From Glycera tridactyla (Eukaryota), in the NCBI GenBank assembly GCA_965644265.1, contig OZ286466.1, forward strand, positions 69,502,001-69,566,000: 64,000 bases of DNA, written 5' to 3'. Of the stretch, positions 1 to 13,184 are shown in pieces. Both the position numbers and the translations under genes were made by a program. The first letter of the stretch is position 1. Every line of letters starts with the position of its first letter. The notes beneath the pieces were generated by a model. That model saw only the letters and a list, made by a program, of their open reading frames with translations, had not been told where the DNA came from and searched no databases.

Positions 1-516
1 AGTGATTAGTGGGGTTGGGGGAGGGAGGGAAGAGCAAAGAGAAAAAACATACGAACTACCAAATCAACCTGGCATAGGGAATGGACATTAAGGAAATTGC
101 CAGACTTGAGGTCAGCATGTAAGTATGGGAGAAACACGCCAAATGGGTCATTGCTAATGCATGTGATGGGTGCCTGATGAAGGAAGCCCATGCATCCGAA
201 GGCTGACAGGCTGCAAGGCCACAACAGAGTCCTGTGATTTCCTCTATATCTTGACAACATGTTGTCAGTGCCAATGTTATCTCTCTCCGTTGTCACCATC
301 ACCACCGCCGACATCACCATCACCGCTGCTCGCAGGTGCTGCCTCTGATCCGTGGATCGTCAACACGCGTGCAATTCAATGGTAACATGTGGCCACTGAT
401 TTAGTGGTACAAAGCCTGGATTACTAGTAAATAATGTGCTGAATACAGAATGAGCTTTGTATATACTGAAAAATACTAGAGCATGTGTGTGCTGTTTATT
501 ACTGCCTGGCTGGCGT

Positions 517-1283
517 GAATGGTTCAAGCATGTGCACAATCCTGCCAAGCAATCTGAATTCTGAGAATGGCTCAAGCATGTGCATAAACCTGCCAAGCAA
601 TCTGAATTCAGAGAATGGCTCAAGCATGTACACAATCCTGCCAAGCAATCTGAACTCCTAGAATGGCTCAAGCATGTACACAATCCTGCCAAGCAATACA
701 AATTCAGAGAATGGCTCAAGTATGTGCACTAACCTGCCAAGCAATCTGAATTCAGAGGAAGGCTCAAGCATGTACACGATCCTGCCAAGCAATCTGAATT
801 CAGAGAATGGCTCAAGTATGTACACTAACCTGCCAAGCAATCTGAATTCAGAGAATGGCTCAAGCATGTACACGATCCTGCCAAGCAATCTGAATTCAGA
901 GGAAGGCTCAAGCATGTACACGATCCTGCCAAGCAATCTGAATTCAGAGAATGGCTCAAGCATGTGCACAATCCTGCCAAGCATTCTGAATTGAGAGAAG
1001 GGCTCAAGCATGTGCACAATCCTGCCAAGCAATCTGAATTCAGACAATGGCTCAAGCATGTACACGATCCTGCCAAGCAATCTGAATTCTGAGAAGGGCC
1101 TAAGCATGTGCACAGACCTGCCAAGCAATCTGAATTCAGAGAATGGCTCAAGCATGCACACAAACCTGCCAAGCAATCTGAATTCAGAGAATGGCTCAAG
1201 TATGTACACTAACCTGCCAAGCAATCTGAATTCAGAGAATGGCTCAAGCATGTGCACAAACCTGCCAAGCAATCTGAATTCTG
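517..1283. repeat. 48-bp minisatellite, ~16 units
   Basis: Unit ctgccaagcaatctgaattcagagaatggctcaagcatgtacacaatc repeats with period 48 and produces the 16-aa-periodic ORFs on both strands. Confidence 0.95.
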
Positions 1284-1414
1284 TGATCTCAGATGCACCT
1301 TTTTACAGATACCAGACTTTTCATTAAAGAATTTTACATTCTCTCCATCACCGTATGTGATTATTTTGACAGGTACATCGAGGAGACTCAAAATTGGATC
1401 CAATTTTTCCCATC

Positions 1415-1570
1415 CGCACATTACTGATGCTTTGCATAACTGGTCAATGAAAGCTAGATATTTTCTCCCCTGCAAACAACACTCTCATAAACCCTCAACA
1501 CAAGATGATGGGGAACATGATATGTTGTCAAGTGAAAGTAGCTGACAGTTTAGACAGCACTCTACTGAAC
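1415..1570 (-). mobile_element. Truncated copy of SINE-like retroposon family R
   Basis: ctggtcaatgaaagctagatattttctcccctgc...caagtgaaagtagctgacagtttagac matches the copies at 8560, 25900 and 44490. Confidence 0.7.
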
Positions 1571-1621
1571 ACAGAGCTGAGCAAAACATACTCAGGTCCT
1601 TTCAGACAAAAAGAGAGAATG

Positions 1622-1818
1622 CTGGGCTCCAAGTTCGCCAAACTATCTGGGAGCCAACTGGCCCCTAAGTTGAAATTTTTGGTAGCCAGTTCAAAATTTT
1701 GGTAGCCAGACAATACATTGCCAATTGCAACCTCCTAGCTTCAAAACTTTAATATATGGTAGCCAGAAGGGGAATTTGATAGCCATTGGCTACCTACAGG
1801 TAGCAACGTAGAGCCCTG
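1622..1818. mobile_element. Non-autonomous DNA transposon with 5-bp TSD (hAT5-like)
   Basis: Degenerate left end ctgggctcc, right end cgtagagccctg (same as the element at 43679-43900). GAATG is duplicated at 1617-1621 and 1819-1823. Internal ggtagcca repeats. Confidence 0.7.
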
Positions 1819-2619
1819 GAATGGATGGATAGAATGAGTATTCCTTGTACAGTAACATGTTTTTGTTTGGTACATGCAGGCCATGACATGCTTGTCTTCA
1901 TGAGCCTGAGGTCAGACGAGTCAATTTCCGGTCGTTTTAGCCCATGGCTAATGATGCCAATTTGTCACACGCTGCAGCCCGTGCAGGGTGGCCCATATTC
2001 AGTGTGCATACGCATTCCCTTTAGCCCATCAACCAGGCAGGCCCGAATACACTAGTTTGGTGCCAGCAATGAAAAGCAGTCTCTCAAAAGAGAGCAGTGT
2101 CACAAAAGATGTTTTACCGTACTCACATTTGATCTGTCACTATGCCTGTACATATGTAATCACCATATATCAACTGCCATTACACATCATCTATTCATCA
2201 CTAATTGTATCACCCTACAAATGCATATCATTCATCATTATTGTTTTGTTATTTTACTGTCTTTGTTATTTTACTGTTCATCCACAAATCTCAAGCTTTT
2301 TTCTGGTTTTCATTATATCATTATCATCAGTAGTATTCAGTTAGTGTACATTCTACTACATGATATCGTCGATGTCTTTGTTTATTCCAATGTTAGTACT
2401 ACAAGTTCTACTTGTTCTATTTGTTCTACTTTTCAACTTCTCATTGTTAAAATGTATGTTTGTATTTTGGGCAATTGTATCTACTGCCCATGTTAGCATG
2501 TGAAGCGACATGTTTGTCCATGCTTATGTGTAATGAAATTGTTTCAAACAAACAAACGCACTCATACTCACACACAGACACACGCATGTGCCCCATCCGC
2601 GACTCACAGACATGTGTAC

Positions 2620-2664
2620 AACCACACACCTGCACACACAACCCCCTCAAACACCCACCCACAC

Positions 2665-2738
<74 letters not shown>
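2620..2738. repeat. (CA)n microsatellite
   Basis: Long CA run; source of the HT/CV ORFs. Confidence 0.95.
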
Positions 2739-2740
<2 letters not shown>

Positions 2741-5047
2741 GAAGAGGACAACTAAGATGCCAACTCAGCTGTCAGCGTCGTCTTTATGTATTGTGGACGG
2801 CAGGCCATAAAGATGAAGACAAATGGCACCAAACTTCGCAAGTTGACGAACTCGTGACCTCCGAGGACAGAACGAGATAAGTGTCCAGTAGCGGCCATGG
2901 TGAGTGGACAATGGCCGCTTTCATGTGGATGATCTAGCGAGAGTAACTGTCTCCTGTTGCATGACCTCACTTTTTTTCTCGAGTAGCGGTAAAAAGCATG
3001 AATCTTAACATGGCAGCTACCCATTTGTTCCTCATCAATGGTAATCCCAGCAATTTGCAAGGCAACACACATAGAGACAAACACACAAACACCCGCCTAC
3101 GGACACATGCACACACACTCCCATGTCATTAATGCAATTTCTGGCACATTGTTGACAGGCAATTGCACAAAGTCTTATATTTGAGCATGATCAGAGGGAC
3201 TGATCCTGAAATTGATGAGATAAATGTATCCACACAGTCTTCGAATTTAGCCACTCTCCCAAATCACCGGGAGAATGAATTGATTTTGGGTGAGTGAAAA
3301 TACCTAAGTGAGAAGGTGATTGGTTTAGTGGGAAGAGAGAACACAAGTGAATAGCTTCATCAGGTCAGAAAATGATGATTTGTGTAGGAAAGTTCTCAAT
3401 ACACAACGAAAAATCACTTATATTGACACTTTCAATCGCCAATTTGGGAGAATGGATTTTAATGCAAGCTGCTTGAAGAAGATATGTGAGATTTCTAAGA
3501 ATTCTGGAAAATTTCAGATAAATACTTATCTTTCAATGCAAATCTTCAGTGGGATTGATCAGGATATGTAGCAATGTAAGAGTTATTATTCAAAATTGCC
3601 CCACCTCAATTAACGACCGCAGTGTATTTCACCGCGATAGAATATTCATCACGTATTGTATTGATTGGTATCACAAGAACTCACCAGTGTTTATGGTAGA
3701 TTAATCTGGATCGAATTATCGAAATGAAAAGTTGGATAACTGTTGCATGCAGCTACGATAATGAATCAGTATGCAGATTATATTCATTTGCCGTCGGCGT
3801 TGAGAGTTACGTCTGAATGGTGTCAGTCTCGGTATGAATGTTTAATGGCATTGAAACAGACGGCGAGCTTCGTAATGCCACCCTAATTGCATCATTGTCG
3901 GGGCTGCTCAACTGAAATTAATACATAATTCTGTTAAGGAAGGCAGTCAGTCATTCTTGAATGAAAGCCGCACAACTTATGATTTGATTTTGATCAACTT
4001 TCTTCTGTTCTCCTTGAAGGCATCTTTGTTATTTCGGTTGTTCCACTTTTTGTGAGAGGTAACTGAACCCAAAAGAAACACGCTCCATATTCTGCGATGA
4101 CAAACAAAGTTCCTCGTTATTTAGGTCCTTCCAATTTTTGTGGGAGGAATCTGATTCTCAAGGAGGCACCTCGTACTTATCTTGTGAGATGTCCCCAAAA
4201 AAATAACTACTCTTAAGTGACTCATTATTAGAAACAAAAATGGCGCACAAGTCACTATTATAGAAGCCAGTCTTCCGTTTTTTATGATGAGATGCATGCT
4301 TATTCAACATTGATATGTGGTGAGGACCATCTCTTCATGGATGTACACCATGAATCATTGAAGTAGAAGTGGGAACGACCTATCAATAGCCGAAGTAAAG
4401 CACCAATTGATGACCCCTCTACGAGCTGTCTACCTGGCTGACTTTGTTCTATCACTTGACCACTATTGATTCGTCGCTAATTGCACTTGATGAAACTGAT
4501 CAAACACAGCGTTAATTTGTCTCTCTTTGTGTTTGAACTGTCGTTTATCTCGGAAAACCTCCGCCGGTATTTGCAATTTGAAGACAGGGCAATTAAAAGG
4601 AGTTTTCCCATGACCAGGAATCAGTTCCAATTTGAGGAGATGGGCGTTTATTGAAGCATGACCCTTTATTATGTCATTTACAGTATATAGAATGCCCCGA
4701 CAGCCGGGTATTGGAGGGCTATACATGCCAGGTAGCCAGTCCCAAGTGATGCGTGAGGGCATGGCTGGAGCCCAGCTAGAAGGCATGTATGGCCTTTCCA
4801 TCTCCAGCACATGTGGCATTCAGTACCTATCATACGATATGTAAGTTTTCAAATACACCGCTGAAATATTTCTCTCAATTAACGAGTAAAATAGTATGTA
4901 TTTGATGTGAGTTAGTGCCTGTTTATTGCTGTGACATAGAAATCAAACCTGCAATGCTGCCAGTTGACATGTGACATCGATTCCATGCATACACATGCAT
5001 CACATGACCAGAGAGGTACATATGGACACAGAAAACCAAATGTGGTA

Positions 5048-5992
5048 CTGTAAAATCTGTGACAAGCGACCACCCAAGAAAGCATGAAAAAGTGGTCGTT
5101 CCAGACAGGTGGTCGCTGGTCGCAGGTTCGATCAACCGGGCCCGCGGTTGCGAACACATGTATACATAGCAAATACTTCCAATATTGCCCACTAACCTTT
5201 CGCTTAATAAACATCGATAATCGACGAATGTTTCGCGAAATACATGCAAATCACATGGAGAGGTCATATATAGTCTCCATTCTCAACAAAACCAGTGTTT
5301 GCATGAGGAAATATCCCCATTATTCGCCAGAAACGGTGAAATTTGTGTGCTTTCGGCCGCATCAAATTAACTGCGTGAAACCATGTTCTTCGAGGGAACC
5401 CCTCATTAAGCATAATTTATGCGGGTATCCCCGGTCCCCAACAACATTGCGAATAACGAATCTGCAATCAAAACTTTGAATCCGCAAAGAAATATCATCA
5501 TAGAACAAAAGATTATCATAAACTGTGCTGAAAAACGTCTTCACCGATAAGAAATATGAAGTATGTGTTTCTGAAGCCGATGGAGACGGATTCGATGATC
5601 TGATGCCGCCAAATTTCCTCATCATCATTGGCAGCAACGGTGAGTTCTCGGGTGCTTCTTTGTGAGATGTTAGTCCAGCATGTAGGCGCGAACGATCGGA
5701 CAACAGTTGTATTGTCTTTCTGCAGTGAAGCGTGTAAGCGCGAAGTCGTGAGTTCTATAGTTTGTTTATACACGGAATTATTGCCCATATCAATACTGTT
5801 CAAGATCCCGGTTCATGCTGAGAGGTCGTTTGCCGGAGGTAATCGCTATCATTTAGGCCGGTTGCTGGTCGCGTTAGACAGGTGGTCGTTCATCAGAGGT
5901 CATTTTAGAAGTATTTGGTATTTTGGCAGGAAAAATGGTCGTTCAAGAGCGGTGGTCTCTCGTCGGGGGGTCGCTCGTGACAGGTTTCACTG
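5048..5992. mobile_element. ~945-bp Tc1/mariner-type non-autonomous element, TA-flanked
   Basis: Left ta|ctgtaaaatctgtgacaagcgacc (degenerate cagt end); right ggtcgctcgtgacaggtttcactg|ta. ggtggtcg subterminal repeats and a CpG-rich interior. Confidence 0.65.
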
Positions 5993-7526
5993 TATAACTA
6001 TTTGAGTTACATACCACCCTTGAACCATCAAAGTAGATGGTAGTTACAAACAAGCTAGGCTCGATATCGAATGATAACTCTAAACACTACTGAATACATA
6101 CAAAAACACAATGCAAGTTTGTGATCACTAATCAGTCATGAGATTACTCTCTTTGAGAATGAATTAATTGATCTATCTGGCTTTCAATCCTACAAATTGA
6201 CATTACCTCATTGGAATCAATCTAATTACCTTTTATTTTTGCCAGGACACAACTAATTATCGAATGTATCTTTTCTAGAATGAACATGTCACTCTCATCA
6301 CTTCCTCAAAAACGTTTGTCTAGCTTTCACTCTCTAGCAACTCATACTTTTCCACTTCTGAAACCATGTCAGGAAAACCACTCACAAAATCAAACTGTGT
6401 TTTTCTAGTCCCTAGGAGAGTCTATGCTCCGAGTTTCAGATGGCTGATATTTTCTCCTCTCAATTAGTATATTTCTTGTCTCCATCTTCTACTATTCTAC
6501 TATTCAGTTGCTGGCCATTTTTGTTTTGTTTAATGAAGTACTTATTTTTATACATATGTTGACATGTGATATGACCTCGGTCCTTGTTATTTTCATAATA
6601 AAACTTTTTGAAGCTCGTCATTACAACATATCGCCTGCAAACTATTCTGACCTTTTTCGGAGAGTGACATTTTGAGGGTGTTTGGGCGTTTGGTCTATGA
6701 ACCACCTCAATTGCCCTTTTTTATTTTCATTATGGGCACAAAATTGCCCACATGATGGCATAAGCCAGACATCAGTGACATGAGTCAATGATTGTCATGA
6801 TGATATTTATTATCTTTTCACACTGTTTTTTGCCATTGGCTTCTCTTTGCAAGTTGATTTCTGCCTATAACTGCTTGCAATATAAATGAATATATGAATG
6901 CAACTGTTGTATGATTCATTTCCATTTGAGAAACATTCAACATTTTCCAGGAATGCCCATCAATTTCCAGGAATACCTGGGCATTTTTACCCAACCGCTC
7001 TCTGTCAAATATCAGTCTCTGTTTTTACACTTAATGACTTTGAAATCAGTGAACAACTGCAGCGATTTGGGCAGGTCATGAGTGAAATACCATGTGTGGG
7101 TTACAGGCACTTTAAACCTCAGACCCCTGAAGAAGGGAGACCTGTCGGCGTAACCAGGAATTACCTCATCCTTCGCTTGCTGTTCTCTGCCTTTTCTGAA
7201 CACCTGATAACGTTTTTAGGGCAGGTCAGAATTCAGGCAGATTTATCCCATTCAATGCATGCTCTTCCATGTCATCCATTCATACAGGGAATATCAGAGG
7301 GCATAAAGAGTGCCAACTCAACACTCCACTGAATTGCCACTTTAGATAGATGAGGCTCATTATTATCATATCGCATGTATGACCGCAATCTGTCCCAGCT
7401 CTTTATTCATCATTTGATATTCATGAGCAGAACTTCACCTACCATCGACGTATCGCAACATTTCCGTCATACATCGCCATCACGGATTTCAGTCTGCATG
7501 AAGTCAGCAGGAAATAAAATCGTGAT

Positions 7527-7770
7527 ACAGTGGAACTTGTATTAGGCAACCACTGCATTGAGATATAACTCTGACTCAAATGATCACTTTTCAATTCACC
7601 ACTAGAGAATTTTTCATCCCCATCAATTTTTCAATACAGTGAATTTTGTATCAAGCTACATTATTGAGAAATCACTTTTAAAATCCTCATCTGAGTGTTT
7701 TCACTATACTTTGTAGGTCATTACTTGGCGACCACCTGTCTTGAGCAAGCACATTTGGCTCCTGAGTGAT
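7527..7770. mobile_element. Truncated TA-CAGT MITE
   Basis: ta|cagtggaacttgtattaggcaaccac left end and a gaccacctgtc internal motif; right end not seen. Confidence 0.45.
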
Positions 7771-7774
7771 AGTT

Positions 7775-7975
7775 CACAGCTGGGTGAGAACTACATTTTG
7801 ACGATTTCTCCCCTAATCCACATGATAAAGGCAAGACTGTGAGGTAAAACACAAAACACAACTTGGTGTGAATTTTCCCCCAGATTTCGTTCAGTTTTCG
7901 GCCTTGTGGCATGCGGTGAAATTCACACCTTGTTTGGTATTGCATTTTTACTTCACGGCCATAGTCTTGCTATAG
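7775..7975 (+). mobile_element. Palindromic (hairpin) repeat family P, copy 1
   Basis: Homologous to 27820-28095, 39048-39310 and 39355-39635; contains the inverted arms gcaagact...ggtgtgaatt / aattcacacc...agtcttgc. Confidence 0.75.
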
Positions 7976-8074
7976 TACAGATTAGACATTCTATGGGATC
8001 TCAAATTACAGATTCTCCAGTCTGTCATCTAACGGTGATGATCAAAGTGAACCTTTGATGTTAATTACATCGTA

Positions 8075-8177
8075 CAGTCAAACCAGCTTGAGGCCACCTC
8101 TCGATAAAAGCTACCTGCAATACAAAGGCCACTTTTTATGTGACCAGAGGTGGCCTTTATTTAAAGAGGTACAACTG
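8075..8177. mobile_element. Short TA-CAGT MITE
   Basis: ta|cagtcaaacc ... ggtacaactg|ta with ggccacc/ggtggcc motifs. Confidence 0.65.
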
Positions 8178-8519
8178 TACACTGAACCACATGGTTTAAA
8201 TTCATAGCTAGCCAAATCAAGGTCATGACATATCGAAGTCATTTATTTTGGATCTGGTTTCATGAACAGGCGATCAGACACAGAAGGCACTTTATTTAAA
8301 CAATATAAGTCTATAATTTGAACCTTAATACTTGAGCAAATAATTCTAAGCTGAATCCTGATCCTCGAGCTGCCCCATCCCACCCCCAACTATTCCATGA
8401 CACCACCATTCAAGTTTCATCTCCCTGCTTCTTTTTGAGTTCATCAGCTGTTACGTCATGGACAAGCGAAAAATCCTGTCATCTTGTAACACGAGCTTTG
8501 TTACAGTGAAAGGAAAATT

Positions 8520-8820
8520 AACGTTTCTCAATCTCAATATCAATTTTTACCCTAGGGTTATGTATGCCATGTGTTCCTGGCTCTCTCCCTTGCAGACTTC
8601 ACTCTCACAAACCCTGAAAACAAGATGATGGGAAACCTGAAAGGTTGTCACATGTAAGTAGCTGACAGTTCAGACACACCTCTAACTACACAAGATGAAC
8701 ATAATAATGAACCTGACGATGGACTATCTAACTATGTAACTGGCTGGACGCTAATACTCGTTCCTGATAGCAATGCTTTGTTTTTTTTAGCAAAGCACAG
8801 TACTTGAAACAAGCACACCA
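8520..8820 (-). mobile_element. SINE-like family R copy
   Basis: gggttatgtatgccatgtgttcctgg...gtagctgacagttcagacacacctc...cctgatagcaatgct matches the other family R copies. Confidence 0.75.
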
Positions 8821-9015
8821 TCAGGGATAGCCCGACTCAGAATTTTCATGTGCCCATTGAGCACACTAAAGGTGATTTTATGTGCCTTTTCCAGATTTTA
8901 TGTGCCCAATATTTGTTCGATTTCTTTTCACAATTATCACATCTTCTTGGGACCACCAAATCATTCTTTGACATATCACACACTGACAAAATATGGTTCA
9001 GATGCTATTCATCAA

Positions 9016-11019
9016 AAAAGAGCACCGCAAAGCAGGGCATGATACGCCATCGCCGCGATTAGTGAGGCAGACATTTTTTTTTATCTGGAATGGGATTTGA
9101 CCTTTATTGCCGTGACTAGTGACACAGACTGTTTTCATACAGAAATTGTCGGCAATAGGATTTTATCTTTTTGCACTCGGTGACCGGGATCAAAGGTTAT
9201 GACTGGGAAATCAATAGGCATCTTTCCAGACCCAAGGTGAATACATATACCAAGTTACAAATGGCTAGCCAAATTTTTTTTTGAGTTATTTGCCAGAAAT
9301 GGGTCGTGACATTTTTGCACTCAGCAACCTTGAAATTCAAGGCCGTGACCCCACAAGCAATAGGCTACCTCCCAGAGGCAAGTTGATTAGGTATGCCAAG
9401 TGGCAAATCAATAGCTCTAAAACTTTTACAGTTATTGTCCGGAAATAGTCTGGAGCCGAGATTTGACTCAGTGACCATGAAAATCAAGGTTGCAACCCCA
9501 CAATCGAAAGGCTTCCTACCAGATCCAAGGTGATTAGGTATTCCAAGTGGCAAATCAATAGCTCTTTTTGAGTTATCGTCCGGAAATGGTCCGGACTTGA
9601 GATTTGACCTTTTTGCACTCAGTGACCATGAAAATCAAGGTCGTGACCCCACAATCGAAAGGCTTCCTCCCAGATCCAAGGTGATTAGGTATACCAAGTG
9701 GCAAATCAATAGCTCTGAAACTTTTTGATTTAACCTTCTTGCACTCAGCGACCTTGAAAATCAAGGTTGCAACCCCACCATTGAAAGGCTTCCTCCCAGA
9801 TCCAAGGTGATTAGGTATTCCAAGTGGCAAATCGATAGCTCTGAAACTTTTTGAGTTATCGTCCGGAAATGGTCCGGACCAGAGATTTGACCTTCTTGCA
9901 CTCAGCGACCTTGAAAATCAAGGTCGCAACCCCACAATCGAAAGGCTTCCTCCCAGACCCAAGGTGATTAGGTATACCAAGTGGCAAATCAATAGCTCTG
10001 AAACTTTTTGAGTTATCGTCCGGAAATGGTCCGGACCAGAGATTTGACCTTTTTGCACTCAGCGACCTTGAAAATCAAAGTCGTGACCCCACAATCGAAA
10101 GGCTTCCTCCCAGATCCAAGGCGATTAGGTATACCAAGTGGCAAATCAATAGCTCTGAAACTTTTTGATTTAACCTTCTTGCACTCAGCGACCTTGAAAA
10201 TCAAGGTTGCAACCCCACCATTGAAAGGCTTCCTCCCAGATCCAAGGTGATTAGGTATTCCAAGTGGCAAATCGATAGCTCTGAAACTTTTTGAGTTATC
10301 GTCCGGAAATGGTCCGGACCAGAGATTTGACCTTCTTGCACTCAGCGACCTTGAAAATCAAGGTCGCAACCCTACAATCGAAAGGCTTCCTCCCAGACCC
10401 AAGGTGATTAGGTATACCAAGTGGCAAATCAATAGCTCTGAAACTTTTTGAGTTATCGTCCGGAAATGGTCCGGACCAGAGATTTGACCTTTTTGCACTC
10501 AGCGACCTTGAAAATCAAGGTCGCAACCCCACAATCGAAAGGCTTCCTCCCAGACCCAAGGTGATTAGGTGTACCAAGTGGCAAATCAATAGCTCTGAAA
10601 CTTTTTGAGTTATCGTTCGGAAATGGCCCGGACCAGAGATTTGACCTTTTTGCACTCAGCAACCTTGAAAATCAAGGTCGCAACCCCACAATCGAAAGGC
10701 TTCCTTCCAGACCCAAGGTGATTAGGTGTATCAAGTGGCAGATCAATAGCTCTGAAACTTTTTGAGTTATCGTCCGGAAATGGTCCGGACCAGAGATTCG
10801 ACCTTTTTGCACTCAGCGACCTTGAAAATCAAGGTCGCAACCCCACAATCGAAAGGCTTCCTTCCAGACCCAAGGTGATTAGGTGTATCAAGTGGCAAAT
10901 CAATAGCTCTAAAACTTTCTGAGTTATCGTCCGGAAATGGTCCTCCGGACGGACAGACGGACAGACGGACAGACGGACGGACAGCGCCATAACATAATAC
11001 GCCCGATGGCGTATAAAAA
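9016..11019 (+). mobile_element. Helentron-associated interspersed element (HINE/DINE-1-like) with 157-bp core array
   Basis: Sits between A-runs with no TSD. 5' aagagc...atacgcc (9042); about 11 tandem cores of period 157, two shortened to ~126; (ggac)n microsatellite; 3' hairpin atacgcc-cgat-ggcgtat (10997-11014). Confidence 0.85.
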
Positions 11020-11878
11020 CTCAATAATTGAAGAAAATGCACTATTTCTATAATCAACTGATGAATAGAAATTCAAGTCACAGGTTGAAATTGCAAATAC
11101 TCCACAACTACCAGTTTGTAAATCTGCAAGAAATTAACTGTGGACCACTGGAACTATTTCTGAGCGAATCACAAGAAATTGAGCAGAATGTTCAGAAGAC
11201 TATGAATGTGAGCCTTAACCAGCCGGCCCCCCCCCCCCCATCAGATCATGCAGGTTGGTGGTGGGCAAAAGATGGGTGGGAAAAGCTGGCCAACATCACC
11301 CCTCATGCTCTGTTTACACAAAGTATAGTTGTTTTCATATACCCCAGACAGTAATGACTATGACTGACTGGTGGCAGACCATGGCAATGAATAGGTGTCT
11401 GAACTGAGTAATGAAGTGAAACTGGAGCCTCAAAGCATGTCAGACATAAATTTTGGCCCCAAATCAATCAACACTGGAGCTTTGTCACAGACGTGACTAA
11501 AAATACACCGCCACTGCTTTGACACTGTACACAATATGGCCAAGTGCAACTGACACACACCTCGGTGATTTGCCAGCTTCAAATTCAAAGTAGCCACCCG
11601 CTTTGAAATTGACACCAACCCCGTTGATTTAGCCACTCTGATTTGAGACAGCCACTCAACTGCATCTACCAACACAACTCTGACTACAAATATGGCAAAG
11701 TTCTAAGGCACATAACTCTGAAAGCATGAAAATTGTGTCTTGCACAACTGCATTTCATCTTGATGACATGATCCAAGTTTCAATTCAATAGCTTACCAAA
11801 TGTGGAGAAAAGCTTTTTGATGCAACCAAGAGTGGCTTTCTCAATCAGTCATGATAGAATGGTAATTTCATTCAAATA

Positions 11879-12055
11879 CAGTCAAACCTGTCCTAAGCAG
11901 CCACCCTTCGGGGAGGCAAAAAGTGGCTGCTTAGGACAGGTGGCTGCTTAGAGCAGGTTAATTATAGTGGAAAAACTCCTGGTGGGAAATTGAAAAGTGG
12001 CTGCTTAGGGCAGGTGGCTGCTTAGTACAGTGGCTGCCTAGGACAGGTTAGACTG
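11879..12055. mobile_element. TA-CAGT MITE (gtggctgc family)
   Basis: ta|cagtcaaacctgtcctaagcagccac ... gtggctgcctaggacaggttagactg|ta. Confidence 0.9.
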
Positions 12056-12979
12056 TATTCATATTCACCAGAATTTTCAATGGTCAGTTCACCGTATCCG
12101 GGCATTTTGGCGATGACTGCCGAATCATTGAGGACACCGGACACCATGAACATGCTCTATCCTCAGCAATCTTCCTTGCACATTATCAAGTCTCCAGTGC
12201 AACCAGGCTAACTGGCAGAGATTACCTCTGCTGACCACTTGAGGCGAATCGTCTTGACCGAGTATAAACAAACGACTCACAACTTCACAATTCACTGCAG
12301 GAGGACAAAGCCTATTGTCCACCTTGTTGGATTTCACTTGCATATATCACTGGCCTGGTTTCTTACTTTAATACCACAGATGCCTGTTTGAGTGAGCACC
12401 CCTGAACGCTGCACCACAAAGTCATTCCACACACACACACACGCCCCCCCCCCCCCACACACACACAAACATTGAAGTCCATTATCCTCTACATCCTAGT
12501 GTGTATCTATGCAGAAAACCTCCATATGAGCCGCTTGGATGAAGTTGACAGTGCTTCAGGCATACAAAGCTCTCTTTCATCATCCTCACATCATTTGCAA
12601 CACTTCACCCAGAAAGAAATCCGTACATCAATCAAGACGAGAGATGACAGTGAAAGCCGAGAGTTTTGCCAAGCATTGAAGCATCAAATATGCATCTTGA
12701 AAGCCTTGCACAAGCGCAGCACAATAGATGGAGAGTAAATTAAATTCCACGCTCCACCGTTTCCAGGCTATTGAGCCGTGGGAGAAGTGTGAATAGAGGC
12801 TCTGCCTGATACTACAGCATGCTCAAAACAAGATATGAGCGTATCATTTACAGAAATATTGGAGATCTTCCCAGAGAGTAAATTCATATGCCTTTTGGGA
12901 ACATTCGTAAGACTACTATGTGCATACGTCCAAAATATGAAAACTCTGTCATTGAAGTCAAATCAGTTCAAGGAAAGAA

Positions 12980-13160
12980 NNNNNNNNNNNNNNNNNNNNN
13001 NNNNNNNNNNNNNNNNNNNNNNNNNNNNNNNNNNNNNNNNNNNNNNNNNNNNNNNNNNNNNNNNNNNNNNNNNNNNNNNNNNNNNNNNNNNNNNNNNNNN
13101 NNNNNNNNNNNNNNNNNNNNNNNNNNNNNNNNNNNNNNNNNNNNNNNNNNNNNNNNNNNN
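12980..13160. other. Assembly gap
   Basis: N run. Confidence 1.
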
Positions 13161-13184
13161 AGTATTGACAATCTGTCTCGATTG

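Noticed and set aside
171-215. CTGATGA-agga...tcc-GAAG as a hammerhead ribozyme
   Set aside because: GAAG instead of GAAA, and no stem III or cleavage triplet. Other CTGANGA occurrences also lacked stem II plus GAAA.
4300-4820. 118-aa minus-strand ORF and downstream frame as a piggyBac transposase relic
   Set aside because: The resemblance (PYMPS, YFNDSW) is too loose, and no TTAA/TIR ends were found.
5362-5703. VVGDRGYPHKLCLM as a Harbinger transposase motif
   Set aside because: Only one short motif; the flanking residues do not fit, and it lies in a TA-flanked element unlike Harbinger termini.
12472-12738. 88-aa + strand ORF as a terminal exon
   Set aside because: No recognisable domain and no upstream partner exon; cannot be supported from sequence alone.
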